Positions 17,989 through 27,490 of a stretch of DNA of 33,147 nt are shown in pieces (position 1 is the first letter of the stretch; each line of letters starts with the position of its first letter). The DNA is from Minisyncoccota bacterium. Lineage in GTDB: Bacteria; Patescibacteriota; Microgenomatia; UBA1400; PJMF01. The stretch lies in NCBI GenBank assembly GCA_012799795.1, contig JAAZKO010000044.1:1-33147 (forward strand), given 5' to 3'. Below the pieces are notes generated by a model. It did no database searches. It worked only from the letters and a program-made list of their open reading frames with translations, and was not told where the DNA came from. A program made the position numbers and the translations under genes.

Positions 17989-18228
17989 TTATTTCTCAAT
18001 TTTATTTAATATTTTAAAATGTTTAGTTTTACTGATGGGTCGACATTCTTGAATTTCTACTGTGTCGCCCATAGCTAATTTAATTTTTTTTGGATCGAAA
18101 TCACAAGCATATTTTTTACTACGCTTTACTCTTTTAGCATAAAGAGGATGAACCCATGTTCTAGCCACCTCTACGCTAGCTGTTTTTTGATTTTTAAGTG
18201 ACACTACTCGTCCTATTAATTTTTTCAT
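17989..18228 (-). CDS. rpsQ: 30S ribosomal protein S17
   Basis: [35 protein letters not shown]. Confidence 0.95.
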   Translation of the reverse strand: MKKLIGRVVSLKNQKTASVEVARTWVHPLYAKRVKRSKKYACDFDPKKIKLAMGDTVEIQECRPISKTKHFKILNKIEK

Positions 18229-18434
18229 ATTGATTGTTTCAATTCTTTTTCGCGCAATACTGTTTTGATGCGCGCCACATCTTTTCTTAAATTTTTTAAT
18301 TTAGCTGGACTATCTAATTTGCCAGCTTTAGCTAACAAGCGCATGCCAGCTAAATCTTTCATCAAAACACTCAACTCTTTTTTGAGTTCTATTTGATCTT
18401 TATCGTGTAGTGCTTTAATATCGTTACTTTTCAT
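18225..18434 (-). CDS. rpmC: 50S ribosomal protein L29
   Basis: 69 aa helical protein in the canonical L16-L29-S17 position. It overlaps rpsQ as ATGA. Confidence 0.9.
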   Translation of the reverse strand: MKSNDIKALHDKDQIELKKELSVLMKDLAGMRLLAKAGKLDSPAKLKNLRKDVARIKTVLREKELKQSI

Positions 18435-18435
18435 T

Positions 18436-18840
18436 TTATTTTTTCACAAACGCAGTTTTAACTGATAATTTATGTCCCGCTTTATGAAGAGCAGAACGAG
18501 CCACATCTTCACCAACACCGCCCACCTCGAACAAGATAAATCCAGGTTTTACTGGTGCTACATATTGATCAATAGCCCCTTTTCCTGAACCCATTTTAAT
18601 ACCTACTGGTTTCTTTGTTAAAGGTTTATGAGGAAAAACTTTAATCCAGTATTTTCCTTCTCGTTTAGTTACATAAGTAATCTTTTTACGAGCTGCTTCA
18701 ATTTGTCGAGCAGATAACTCTCCACCTTCAATTGCTCTTAAACCAAACTCACCAAAAGCCAGTTCAGTGCCACGCTGAGCCTTACCTCTATTTTTACCTC
18801 TAAACATCTTGCGGTATTTTACTTTTTTTGGTTGTAACAT
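18436..18840 (-). CDS. rplP: 50S ribosomal protein L16
   Basis: MLQPKKVKYRKMFRGKNRG...FGEFGLRAIE. Confidence 0.96.
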   Translation of the reverse strand: MLQPKKVKYRKMFRGKNRGKAQRGTELAFGEFGLRAIEGGELSARQIEAARKKITYVTKREGKYWIKVFPHKPLTKKPVGIKMGSGKGAIDQYVAPVKPGFILFEVGGVGEDVARSALHKAGHKLSVKTAFVKK

Positions 18841-18857
18841 TTTTTAAACTTTCAAAT

Positions 18858-19508
18858 TTAGACGATTTCCCCTTTGTAAATCCAAACTTTAATGCCAATG
18901 TAACCAGATCTGGTTATTGCTGGATGTTCATAATAATCAATATTAGCTCTTAAAGTCTGAGTCGGAATACTGCCTTGAAAATATTTTTCATTGCGACTAA
19001 TTTCTGCTCCGGCAATTCTTCCAGATAATTGAATCTTAATTCCTTTAGCCCCTGCTCCCATCACCCGTTCCATTGCCTGTTTAACTGCTCGGCGATGTGG
19101 ATAGCGACTGATAAGTTGACCAATAATTCTTTCAGCAACTAATTTGGCACTTAGGTCTGGTTTTTTAACTTCTTCAATTTTTAATTCAATTCTTGATTTT
19201 TCTTTTTTAATTTTTGAAGTGTTAACAATATGATCAATATCTGCCTTAATTTTTTCTAAATTTTGGCCACCTTTACCAATTACTACACCCGGTCTCGCCA
19301 CTTCAATAATTAAAGTTAATTTACTAATTGAGCGCTTGATGCTCACATCCACTAAACCAGCATTGCCTAGTTTTTTCTCTAAATATTCACGCAAACGATA
19401 ATCTTCCAAAACATTAGAAGCGTAGTTCTTTTTATCAGCAAACCAACGAGATTTCCAATTAAAAATCCCACCTGTACGCATTAGAGTTGGATTAACTTTT
19501 TGCCCCAT
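18858..19508 (-). CDS. rpsC: 30S ribosomal protein S3
   Basis: MGQKVNPTLMRTGGIFNWKSRWFA, with a KH-domain block GKGGQNLEKIK. Confidence 0.96.
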   Translation of the reverse strand: MGQKVNPTLMRTGGIFNWKSRWFADKKNYASNVLEDYRLREYLEKKLGNAGLVDVSIKRSISKLTLIIEVARPGVVIGKGGQNLEKIKADIDHIVNTSKIKKEKSRIELKIEEVKKPDLSAKLVAERIIGQLISRYPHRRAVKQAMERVMGAGAKGIKIQLSGRIAGAEISRNEKYFQGSIPTQTLRANIDYYEHPAITRSGYIGIKVWIYKGEIV

Positions 19509-19511
19509 ATT

Positions 19512-19994
19512 TTATTTATTATCTTTCTTAGTTATTTTTTTATTTGTCTTTTTTTTCGCTGTGCTTGTTTTATTCACTTTAGCTTTAGTGGGTTTTTTAT
19601 TAGTTTCTTTGCTCTTTTCTTTTTTTATTTTTTGTTCAACCTTTTCATTTTTAACATCTGTTTCTTTAGTCTCTAATTGAACCTCAACGTGACAAGACCT
19701 CTTAAGTATTGTATGAGCACGACCACGACTAACTGCCCTCCAACGTTTATAAGTTGGAGCTTCATCGACCACGATATTTTTAATTTTTAATTGATCTAAA
19801 GTTAATTGCTGATTATTAATGGCATTCGCTATTGCTTGACGTAAAGTTTTCAAAACTACTAAACTTGCTCTGCGTTCCATTACTGCTAATTGTTTAAGCG
19901 CATCTTCAATTGACATTTCTTTAACCACATCAGCCACATAACGAACTTTGCGCGCGGTCTGTCTGGTATATTTTTGTCTTGCTTTAATAATCAT
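19512..19994 (-). CDS. rplV: 50S ribosomal protein L22, with a 53-aa Lys-rich C-terminal tail
   Basis: I prefer the start MIIKARQKYTRQTARKVRYVADVV at ATG 19994. The longer ORF-track version would overlap rpsS. The tail reads ETKETDVKNEKVEQKIKKEKSK...KKDNK. Confidence 0.92.
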   Translation of the reverse strand: MIIKARQKYTRQTARKVRYVADVVKEMSIEDALKQLAVMERRASLVVLKTLRQAIANAINNQQLTLDQLKIKNIVVDEAPTYKRWRAVSRGRAHTILKRSCHVEVQLETKETDVKNEKVEQKIKKEKSKETNKKPTKAKVNKTSTAKKKTNKKITKKDNK

Positions 19995-20013
19995 TTTCTT
20001 TATCCAATTAGCT

Positions 20014-20298
20014 TTAAGTTTTAGCCAAAATTCTCTTAACCATTTTGCCATGACCTCTAAAAGTACGAGTTGGAGCGAACTCACCCAGTTTATGACCAAC
20101 CATCATTTCCGAAATAAAGACTTCAATAAAGTTCTTTCCTTGATGAACCAAAAAAGTGTGTCCAACAAACTCCGGAGCTATAATACAAGCCCTACTCCAA
20201 GTTTTAATGGGACTTTTATCAGCACCAGCTTTTTGCTTCATTACTTTAACAAGAAGCTTTTGATCGACAAATGGTCCTTTTTTATTTGATCTAGACAT
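20014..20298 (-). CDS. rpsS: 30S ribosomal protein S19
   Basis: [12 protein letters not shown]...[16 protein letters not shown]. Confidence 0.96.
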   Translation of the reverse strand: MSRSNKKGPFVDQKLLVKVMKQKAGADKSPIKTWSRACIIAPEFVGHTFLVHQGKNFIEVFISEMMVGHKLGEFAPTRTFRGHGKMVKRILAKT

Positions 20299-20307
20299 TA
20301 ATTTCCT

Positions 20308-21144
20308 TTAATTTTTACTACGACGATCACGCACTATCCATTTATTAGTTTTCCTAGGACTGCGAGTCTTTTTACCTGGAGCGGCAATCTTACCCCAAGG
20401 AGTCTTTTGATATTTTAAGCCAACACCACTACGACCTTCACCACCACCATGAGGATGACTACCCGGATGTTGTGCAGTTCCACGTACACCTGGACGAATA
20501 CCCATAAGACGCCTGGTGCCTGCTTTACCTAATTTACGGTTTTTCCAATCAGCATTACCAAGACTGCCTATTGTAGCGAAACAATCAAGATTTATCAATC
20601 TAAATTCTTTAGATGGCAATTGTACTGTAGCGTATTTTTTTTCTTTAGACTGAATGATTGCCCCTAAACCAGCTCCTCGAACTAACTGAGCTCCTTTGCC
20701 AGGTCTCAATTCAATATTATGAATTTCAACACCTAAAGGAATGTTTTTAAGTGGCATCGCGTTTCCAGTTTTAGTACTAACTTTTTCACCAGCAACAATT
20801 TCATCACCAATTTTTAATTTTTCTGGAGCCAAAATATAGCGTTTTTCACCGTCTTTGTAAGTTAAAAGAGCAATATTAGCACTACGCATTGGATCATACT
20901 CAATTCTCTTTACCACAGCTGGTACATCCAATTTATTACGCTTAAAATCAATAATTCGTTGGCGCTTTTTTACTCCACCACCACGATGACGCATAGAAAT
21001 GTGTCCTTTAGCGTCTCTTCCAGAGCGCTTTTTGTGACCTTTGCGTAACAAAGACTTTTCAGGAGCACCTTTGTGTAAATTTTTACGATCTACGTCAACT
21101 CGATGTCTAGTACCGGGAGTACCGGTTTTATTTTTCTTTAACAT
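20308..21144 (-). CDS. rplB: 50S ribosomal protein L2
   Basis: RHRGGGVKKRQRIIDFKR...GTAQHPGSHPHGGGEGR. Confidence 0.97.
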   Translation of the reverse strand: MLKKNKTGTPGTRHRVDVDRKNLHKGAPEKSLLRKGHKKRSGRDAKGHISMRHRGGGVKKRQRIIDFKRNKLDVPAVVKRIEYDPMRSANIALLTYKDGEKRYILAPEKLKIGDEIVAGEKVSTKTGNAMPLKNIPLGVEIHNIELRPGKGAQLVRGAGLGAIIQSKEKKYATVQLPSKEFRLINLDCFATIGSLGNADWKNRKLGKAGTRRLMGIRPGVRGTAQHPGSHPHGGGEGRSGVGLKYQKTPWGKIAAPGKKTRSPRKTNKWIVRDRRSKN

Positions 21145-21443
21145 TATTCGTTTCCTCCAGTGTCAAAAAGGGCAATAGTTTGACCTTCAGCCAATTTCAC
21201 GTAGGCTTTTTTGGTTTTTGGGCTAACTGTGCCAATTCTTTTTTTACCAGTTTTCTTCTTCACTCGATGTCTAACTACAGTATTAACCTCCAAAACTTTG
21301 ACATCAAAAACATCTTCTACGGCTTGTTTAATTTGGCCCTTATGGGCGTTCATTAATACCTCAAAAGTATAGACATTTTGCTTATTAGCTAAGCTCAATG
21401 ATCTTTCTGTAATAACTGGTTTTTTGATTAAGTAGGCATTCAT
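21144..21443 (-). CDS. rplW: 50S ribosomal protein L23
   Basis: 99 aa. PVITERSLSLANKQNVYTFEV, in the canonical position. Confidence 0.93.
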   Translation of the reverse strand: MNAYLIKKPVITERSLSLANKQNVYTFEVLMNAHKGQIKQAVEDVFDVKVLEVNTVVRHRVKKKTGKKRIGTVSPKTKKAYVKLAEGQTIALFDTGGNE

Positions 21444-21445
21444 GA

Positions 21446-22090
21446 TTATTTTTTAATACTCTTTTTTTTAACCTTATTAAATCTATCTTCTAAAGTTTTT
21501 AATGCATTAAAATCAATTAAAATTTTATCTGCTTTAACAACCTGCAAAACATTAAGTCTTTCAGCAGTAGTCACTGAGACATTGCTTAAATTTGCTAAAG
21601 CCCTAACGACTGCTTTGTTTGTTTTATGCAAAACTATCAAAATTTTCTCTGTTTCTTGACTAAATTTATTTATTAATTTTTTAGCTTCTTTAGTTTTACC
21701 TTTTAAAGTCGCGACATCTTTGCTAACAAATAAATTCTTTTTTTGTAAAGTAAGTGCGTGTTGCAGAGCAATTAGTTTTGATTTTTTATTTAATTTTAAA
21801 CTCCAATTTTCAATAGCTCGTGGTCCATGAGATACGCCACCACCAACGAAAATGTTAGGTGTTCTAGCTCCATGACGAGCATTACCCGTTCCTTTTTGTT
21901 TATACCATTTCGCCTTAGTTCTCTTAACTTCACTACGAATTTTGGTAAAACTAGTTCCTTGTCTCAAATTGGCCTGATAAACTTTAATTGCTTGAGCTAA
22001 TAGTTTATCAACAGATTTATCAGAGAACAAAATATCGTTTACCCTGATTTTTTCGTTTTTGCTAGTAGAATCAATAATTGGTAATTGCAT
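21446..22090 (-). CDS. rplD: 50S ribosomal protein L4
   Basis: KQKGTGNARHGARTPNIFVGGGVSHGP. Confidence 0.95.
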   Translation of the reverse strand: MQLPIIDSTSKNEKIRVNDILFSDKSVDKLLAQAIKVYQANLRQGTSFTKIRSEVKRTKAKWYKQKGTGNARHGARTPNIFVGGGVSHGPRAIENWSLKLNKKSKLIALQHALTLQKKNLFVSKDVATLKGKTKEAKKLINKFSQETEKILIVLHKTNKAVVRALANLSNVSVTTAERLNVLQVVKADKILIDFNALKTLEDRFNKVKKKSIKK

Positions 22091-22854
22091 TAAGCTGTTT
22101 TTTCCTCTTTAAGTTCTTTGTTGTCTTTCGTTTCTTCAGTTTTAACCACTACTACTTCTTCAGTTTTAGCCACTATTGCTTCTTCTTTTTTATTAGTAAA
22201 GATAGCTTCGTTTAATTTTATGTCTTTTTTTACCCCAGTTTTTTTAATTCTAACTATAGAGTTTTTATGACCTGGAACTGGACCGCTTACCCAAATTTCA
22301 CGATTATCCAAATCAATATTAACTACCACTAAGCCTGAAACAGTTTTTGTTTCAAAACCATAGTGGCCAGACATCTTTTTGCCTTTCCAAACTCTACCCG
22401 GATCAGTTCCAGAACCAATTGAACCAGGGGCTCTTTGACGATCTGATTGACCGTGAGTACGAGGACCACCATGGAAACCATATCGTTTAACTACTCCAGC
22501 AAAACCACGACCTTTACTCACTCCTTGAACGGCCACCACATCTCCAACTTCTAAAACCTGATCAATTTTAATTGTTTCTCCTCGTTTAAAATTTTCATCT
22601 ACCTCAACACCTTTCACTTGCTTAAAACCAGAAGAAAAACCACTCTTTGAAATTTGCTCTCGAAGTGGTTTGGCTACATTTTTTAATTTCTTTTTGCCAT
22701 AGGCAAGTTCAGCCTTAAAAGTCTGATCTTGACTTTGCTTGACACTCAACACACAGTTATCATCGACAAATAATTTGGTAATAGGAAGACGCTTTCCAGC
22801 TGTTGACCAGGCCTGGGACATACCGATTTTGGTAGCGAATATTGTATTTAGCAT
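22090..22854 (-). CDS. rplC: 50S ribosomal protein L3, with a C-terminal extension of mixed charge
   Basis: KGRGFAGVVKRYGFHGGPRTHGQSDRQRAPGSIG. The tail reads NKKEEAIVAKTEEVVVVKTEETKDNKELKEEKTA. Confidence 0.95.
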   Translation of the reverse strand: MLNTIFATKIGMSQAWSTAGKRLPITKLFVDDNCVLSVKQSQDQTFKAELAYGKKKLKNVAKPLREQISKSGFSSGFKQVKGVEVDENFKRGETIKIDQVLEVGDVVAVQGVSKGRGFAGVVKRYGFHGGPRTHGQSDRQRAPGSIGSGTDPGRVWKGKKMSGHYGFETKTVSGLVVVNIDLDNREIWVSGPVPGHKNSIVRIKKTGVKKDIKLNEAIFTNKKEEAIVAKTEEVVVVKTEETKDNKELKEEKTA

Positions 22855-22902
22855 GCTTCCTTTTGTTTCGTCTGATCAATTTAGTTTAAGTCCTTAAATA
22901 AT

Positions 22903-23223
22903 TTACATCTTAATTTGAATATCAACGCCCGCTGGTAACTCTAAGTGCATTAGAGAATCAATGGTTTTATTTGTTGGATCAATAATATCAATTAAACGCT
23001 TATGAGTGCGAATCTCATAATGCTCTTGGGCGTCCTTATCAGTATGGGGAGAAGTCAAAACAGTAAAAGACTTGATATGAGTTGGTAGAGGAACTGGCCC
23101 CACAACCTTGGCTCCTGTAGAAAGAGCTGTTTGCAAAATCTTACGACCAGCTTCATCAATCACCCGATGATCGTATGATTTTAATCTCACCCGTATCTTA
23201 TATGCGTTTTGATTTTTTGCCAT
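22903..23223 (-). CDS. rpsJ: 30S ribosomal protein S10
   Basis: [16 protein letters not shown]...GPVPLPT...[10 protein letters not shown]. Confidence 0.96.
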   Translation of the reverse strand: MAKNQNAYKIRVRLKSYDHRVIDEAGRKILQTALSTGAKVVGPVPLPTHIKSFTVLTSPHTDKDAQEHYEIRTHKRLIDIIDPTNKTIDSLMHLELPAGVDIQIKM

Positions 23224-23420
23224 ACTACTTTTTTAACATTTTTTATTTACTTGTTATCGGTTTTTGCTAAAAAGCAATTTAAACCTGATCACTACTTGAG
23301 AAAAAATATTCCTTGTAGAAATCACAAAGCGAGATTATAACTAATTTTCTTCAAGTTGTATAGATGATAAATCAAAACTAGCTTTTAGCGTTTATAATTA
23401 TCTCCTATAGTGAGAATCGT

Positions 23421-23429
23421 ATTCTACCA
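23421..23429 (-). promoter_or_regulatory. Extended -10 element (TGgTAGAAT), candidate promoter of the S10 operon
   Basis: The minus strand reads CTGGTAGAAT. The element lies just downstream of the tuf terminator and about 190 nt upstream of the rpsJ ATG. Confidence 0.4.
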
Positions 23430-23449
23430 GACATAAAAACAAAGAGCAA

Positions 23450-23484
23450 GAGAAAATAAAAGCCCCCGCTTATTAACGGGGGCT
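23450..23484 (-). terminator. Rho-independent terminator after tuf
   Basis: On the minus strand the 8-bp GC-rich stem is AGCCCCCG ... CGGGGGCT with the loop TTAATAAG. It is followed by TTTTATTTT. Confidence 0.8.
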
Positions 23485-23508
23485 TAAAAAACAATCAGTA
23501 AATTATTT

Positions 23509-24420
23509 TTATTCAATAATCTTGCTTACTGCACCAGCGCCAACAGTTAAACCGCCTTCTCTAATAGCGAAACGAAATCCATCGTGAATAGCTACCGGAG
23601 TAATCAATTCGACAGTCATCTTAGCATTATCACCAGGCATAACCATCTCTACACCATCTGGCAATTTAATTTCACCAGTCACGTCAGTGGTGCGAATGTA
23701 GAATTGAGGCTTATAGCCTGAGAAAAATGGTTTGTGACGTCCACCTTCTTCTTTCTTCAAAATATAAACTTCAGCTTCAAATTTCTTGTGAGCTGCAGCA
23801 CTTCCTGGAGCGGCTAGTAATTGACCACGCTCTACGCCATCTTTTTCAACACCACGTAGTAAAATACCAACGTTATCTCCAGCCTGACCCTGATCCAACA
23901 TCTTTCTAAACATTTCAACACCAGTAACTGTGGTTGATTTTTTATCACGAATACCAACTATATCTACTGTTTCACCAACCTTAACCTTACCGGTTTCAAT
24001 ACGACCAGTCACCACTGTGCCACGACCTTTAATTGAAAATACATCTTCAATATACATGGAAAATGGCTTGTCAATTTCACGCACTGGTTCAGGAATGTAA
24101 TCATCAATTGCTTCAAGCAATTTTACGATTCCTTCTTTAGCGTCCTTATCACCTTCAAGAGCTTTTAAAGCGCTAACTCGCAAAACTGGAGTATTTTCAC
24201 CATCATAACCATATTTAGTCAAAAGCTCTCGAACTTCCATCTCTACTAAATCAAGTAATTCTGCATCGTCAACCATGTCGCATTTATTCAAAGCAACAAT
24301 TAGTTTGGGAACGTTCACTTGATTAGCTAAAAGAATGTGCTCACGAGTCTGAGGCATTGGACCATCGGTCGCTGCCACTACTAAAATTGCTCCATCCATT
24401 TGGGCCGCGCCAGTAATCAT
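23509..24420 (-). CDS. tuf: Elongation factor Tu, C-terminal 303-codon segment; same frame as 24430-24705, separated by an in-frame TAA
   Basis: It begins [28 protein letters not shown], contains NKCD (G4), and includes domains II and III. Confidence 0.9.
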   Translation of the reverse strand: MITGAAQMDGAILVVAATDGPMPQTREHILLANQVNVPKLIVALNKCDMVDDAELLDLVEMEVRELLTKYGYDGENTPVLRVSALKALEGDKDAKEGIVKLLEAIDDYIPEPVREIDKPFSMYIEDVFSIKGRGTVVTGRIETGKVKVGETVDIVGIRDKKSTTVTGVEMFRKMLDQGQAGDNVGILLRGVEKDGVERGQLLAAPGSAAAHKKFEAEVYILKKEEGGRHKPFFSGYKPQFYIRTTDVTGEIKLPDGVEMVMPGDNAKMTVELITPVAIHDGFRFAIREGGLTVGAGAVSKIIE

Positions 24421-24429
24421 ATTTTTAAT

Positions 24430-24705
24430 TTAGTCAGCGTGACCTGGGGCATCAATATGAGCATAGTGACGCTTTTCGGTTTCATATTCAACATGGGAAA
24501 TATTAATAGTAATACCTCGAGAAATTTCCTCGGCACTACTTTCAACATCCTCATATTTCATTGCTTTGTTAATATCTGTAGGATATTTTTCTGCTAAAAC
24601 GTGAGTCATTGCTGCTGTTAAAGTAGTTTTACCATGATCAATATGACCAATGGTTCCAATATTAACGTGGGGTTTGTTTCTGACAAATTTTTGTGCATCT
24701 GCCAT
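24430..24705 (-). CDS. tuf: Elongation factor Tu, N-terminal 91-codon segment ending at an in-frame TAA (24430-24432)
   Basis: [10 protein letters not shown] (G1), RGITI (G2) and DAPGHAD (G3) are present. The stop falls where the conserved Tyr of GHADY(V/I)KNMITG is expected. Confidence 0.9.
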   Translation of the reverse strand: MADAQKFVRNKPHVNIGTIGHIDHGKTTLTAAMTHVLAEKYPTDINKAMKYEDVESSAEEISRGITINISHVEYETEKRHYAHIDAPGHAD

Positions 24706-24778
24706 AACTTGTATCTCCTTTTTTTTATAATACTTAGTAATAATTTTTAACCATCTTATTATACACTAATCTGAAAAG

Positions 24779-26911
24779 TTAGGCTTTTTTGCCTTTTCTT
24801 TCTTCAACAATTGCTTCAGTAATATTACGAGGCACTTCATCATAATGGCTGGGCAATAAAACACTGGTAGCTCGACCCTGAGTCATGCCGCGCAAAGTAG
24901 TTACGTAACCTTGCATTTCTGATAGTGGCGCAATAGCTGTAATAATACTAATATTGCCGCGTTGATTAGTACCTTGAATTTGCGCTCGACGACTGCCCAA
25001 ATCACCAATTACATCTCCCATATATTCTTCTGGAGTGCTAACTTCAACCTTCATAATTGGCTCAATTAATATCATGTCTGCTTTACTCACTGCATCACGC
25101 ATAGCAAATGAACCAGCCATTTTAAAAGCTAATTCGCTAGAATCAACTTCATGATAAGAACCGTCATATAAAGTTACTTGAACATCAACCATAGGATAAT
25201 TGGCTAAAAAACCACGATCTAGAGCTTCTTTAACACCTTTATTGGTTGGCTCAATATATTCTTTAGGCACTGTTCCACCTTTAATTTCATTAACAAATTC
25301 ATAACCAGTACCACGATCCTTAGGTTCAATACGCAATAAAACGTGGCCATATTGTCCACGACCACCAGACTGCTTAATATATTTGCCCTCGCCATCAGCT
25401 TCTCTTTTAATCGTTTCACGATAAGCCACTTGAGGCTTGCCAACATCAGCATCCACATAAAATTCACGTTTTAGACGATCAACAATAATTTCTAAATGTA
25501 ACTCACCCATGCCACCAATAATAGTTTGTCCAGTTTCCTGATCTGACTTAATGCTAAAAGTTGGATCTTCTTCACTCAACTTAGCAAGAGCCATGCCCAT
25601 CTTTTCCTGATCAGCTTTGGTTCGCGGTTCAATGGCTAAATAAATAACTGGCTCTGCAAAAGTAATGCCTTCCAAAACTATTGGGTATTTTTCATCACAC
25701 AAAGTGTCGCCAGTTTTTGTTTCCTTTAAACCAATCATGGCTACAATCTCTCCAGCCAATGCTTCGCTGATTTCTTCTCTTTGATTGGCATGCATCAACA
25801 GCAAACGTCCTAAACGCTCTTTTGTATCTCTACTAGAATTATAAATATAACTACCAGACTTCATAATTCCTGAATAAATACGAAAATAGGTCAATTTTCC
25901 AACATGAGGATCAGTTTGGATTTTGAAAGCTAGCCCACAAAATTTTTCTTCAGGCGTTAGCTTACGCTCTATGAGTTCTTCAGTGCCTGGTTTAAGACCA
26001 GTAATATATTCTATATCTAAAGGGGATGGTAAATATTCAATCACTGCATCTAATAGAAGTTGAAGACCCGTATTTTTAAGCGATGAACCAGCATAAACTG
26101 GAACTAACTTGTAATCAATTACTGCTCGACGAAGAGCTGCTTTCAACTCGTCTACTCCGATTTCTTCTGAATTTAAAAATTTCTCCATCAAAACATCATT
26201 TGTCTCGGAAATTGATTCAACTAGTTCAGCCCGCAAACTTTCCACTTCTGCTAAATATTCTTCGGGAATATCTTTAATTTCAGGCTCGGTAGCTGCGACA
26301 TGATCCTCCCAAAAATAAGCTTGGCGAGTTAATAAATTAATCACTCCATCAAAATTGTCTTCACTACCCATGGGTAAAACCATCACTGCCGGCTTGACAC
26401 CAAATTTGGTACGAATATCTTCAACAGTAGCCTTAAAATCAGCTCCTAATTTGTCCATTTTGTTAACAAAACAAATTCTTGGTACATTGTACTTGTCAGC
26501 TTGACGCCAAACAGTTTCTGATTGAGACTGCACACCCTCACTAGCATCCAAAACTGTAATTCCTCCATCAAGCACTCTCAACGAACGTTCTACTTCTGCA
26601 GTAAAATCCACGTGTCCTGGAGTATCAATAATATTAAAACGATAAAATTCTTTAGCTAAATGACTATCAAAATAAGGCTTCCAAAAACAAGTGGTAGCTG
26701 CTGACATAATTGTAATACCGCGCTCTTGTTCTTGAGCCATCCAATCCATAGTAGCTGCACCCTCATGAACTTCTCCGATCTTATAATTACGACCAGTATA
26801 AAAGAGAATTCTTTCTGTAGTAGTAGTTTTACCAGCGTCAATATGAGCAATAATCCCGATATTTCTAATTCTATCTAGACTTACTTTACGCTGATTTAGA
26901 GTAGCTGACAT
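24779..26911 (-). CDS. fusA: Elongation factor G
   Basis: 710 aa. [32 protein letters not shown] and NKMD are present. Confidence 0.97.
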   Translation of the reverse strand: MSATLNQRKVSLDRIRNIGIIAHIDAGKTTTTERILFYTGRNYKIGEVHEGAATMDWMAQEQERGITIMSAATTCFWKPYFDSHLAKEFYRFNIIDTPGHVDFTAEVERSLRVLDGGITVLDASEGVQSQSETVWRQADKYNVPRICFVNKMDKLGADFKATVEDIRTKFGVKPAVMVLPMGSEDNFDGVINLLTRQAYFWEDHVAATEPEIKDIPEEYLAEVESLRAELVESISETNDVLMEKFLNSEEIGVDELKAALRRAVIDYKLVPVYAGSSLKNTGLQLLLDAVIEYLPSPLDIEYITGLKPGTEELIERKLTPEEKFCGLAFKIQTDPHVGKLTYFRIYSGIMKSGSYIYNSSRDTKERLGRLLLMHANQREEISEALAGEIVAMIGLKETKTGDTLCDEKYPIVLEGITFAEPVIYLAIEPRTKADQEKMGMALAKLSEEDPTFSIKSDQETGQTIIGGMGELHLEIIVDRLKREFYVDADVGKPQVAYRETIKREADGEGKYIKQSGGRGQYGHVLLRIEPKDRGTGYEFVNEIKGGTVPKEYIEPTNKGVKEALDRGFLANYPMVDVQVTLYDGSYHEVDSSELAFKMAGSFAMRDAVSKADMILIEPIMKVEVSTPEEYMGDVIGDLGSRRAQIQGTNQRGNISIITAIAPLSEMQGYVTTLRGMTQGRATSVLLPSHYDEVPRNITEAIVEERKGKKA

Positions 26912-27009
26912 AAATATTTTTAAGCGCTCTAAGCGCCTTTTTTAATATAATTTAATAATATAATAAACAATAATTTTACAATTTTTTTACTTAAATAACC
27001 AGCAATAGA

Positions 27010-27486
27010 TTACCAACGGAAATGAGAAAAAGCCTTGTTGGCTTCAGCCATACGATGAGAGGTATTGCGTTTCTCAATCGCTCCTCCCTGTTCTTGCAAA
27101 GCATCCAAAATCTCAGCTGCTAATTTTTCGGCAAAACTGTGATATTGTTTGTTGGATCTTTTATTAGCCTCATTAAGCAACCAACGAATACTCAAAGACC
27201 TTGCCCTTAAATCTCTAACTGACATTGGCACTTGATAAGAAGCTCCACCAACACGACGAGATCTAACTTCCATTTTTGGTTTAATTTTTTCAATAGCTTC
27301 TTCTAATACTTCTAAAGCTTTACGTTTGCTTTCTTTAGCTACAATTTCTAAAGCCTCATAAACTTGTTTTTGAGCTACCGATTTCTTACCATCTCTCATA
27401 CTTCGATTAATTAAACGCTGCACAAGGGTTGACTTATACTTCACATCTTTCTTGATTAGACGAATATTAGCTTTCTTAGTTCTCAT
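27010..27486 (-). CDS. rpsG: 30S ribosomal protein S7
   Basis: 158 aa. VRSRRVGGASYQVP and the C-terminal HRMAEANKAFSHFRW are present. Confidence 0.96.
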   Translation of the reverse strand: MRTKKANIRLIKKDVKYKSTLVQRLINRSMRDGKKSVAQKQVYEALEIVAKESKRKALEVLEEAIEKIKPKMEVRSRRVGGASYQVPMSVRDLRARSLSIRWLLNEANKRSNKQYHSFAEKLAAEILDALQEQGGAIEKRNTSHRMAEANKAFSHFRW

Positions 27487-27490
27487 AGGC

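Noticed and set aside
17612-18228. Possibility of genetic code 25 (UGA read as Gly), as in some CPR lineages.
   Set aside because: TGA is used as a stop in the ATGA overlaps of rplN/rplX (17612-17615) and rpmC/rpsQ (18225-18228). All conserved proteins are full length under the standard code.
19995-20099. The longer 5' extensions given by the ORF track for rplV (to 20099), rpsL (to 27952) and the RRM gene (from 5396).
   Set aside because: The extensions overlap the upstream gene or intergenic DNA and add non-conserved residues. Conserved N-termini begin at the internal ATGs 19994, 27901 and 5429.
23402-23430. The T7-like string as cloning-vector contamination.
   Set aside because: It is not an exact T7 promoter: it has a 2-nt insertion and a GGAGAT 3' end. 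It is embedded in native AT-rich intergenic sequence between tuf and rpsJ, with no other vector-like sequence nearby.
24430-24432. Possibility that the in-frame TAA in tuf reflects a reassigned stop codon or alternative genetic code.
   Set aside because: TAA terminates most of the roughly 50 genes in this window at the expected conserved C-termini, so it functions as a stop codon here.
26923-26943. The GC-rich hairpin GCGCT-CTA-AGCGC followed by CTTTTTT on the plus strand, between rpsG and fusA. It looks like a plus-strand terminator inside a region that is entirely minus-strand.
   Set aside because: The stem has only 5 bp and there is no plus-strand gene to terminate. It may dampen antisense transcription or be chance. 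The evidence is not enough to call a feature.
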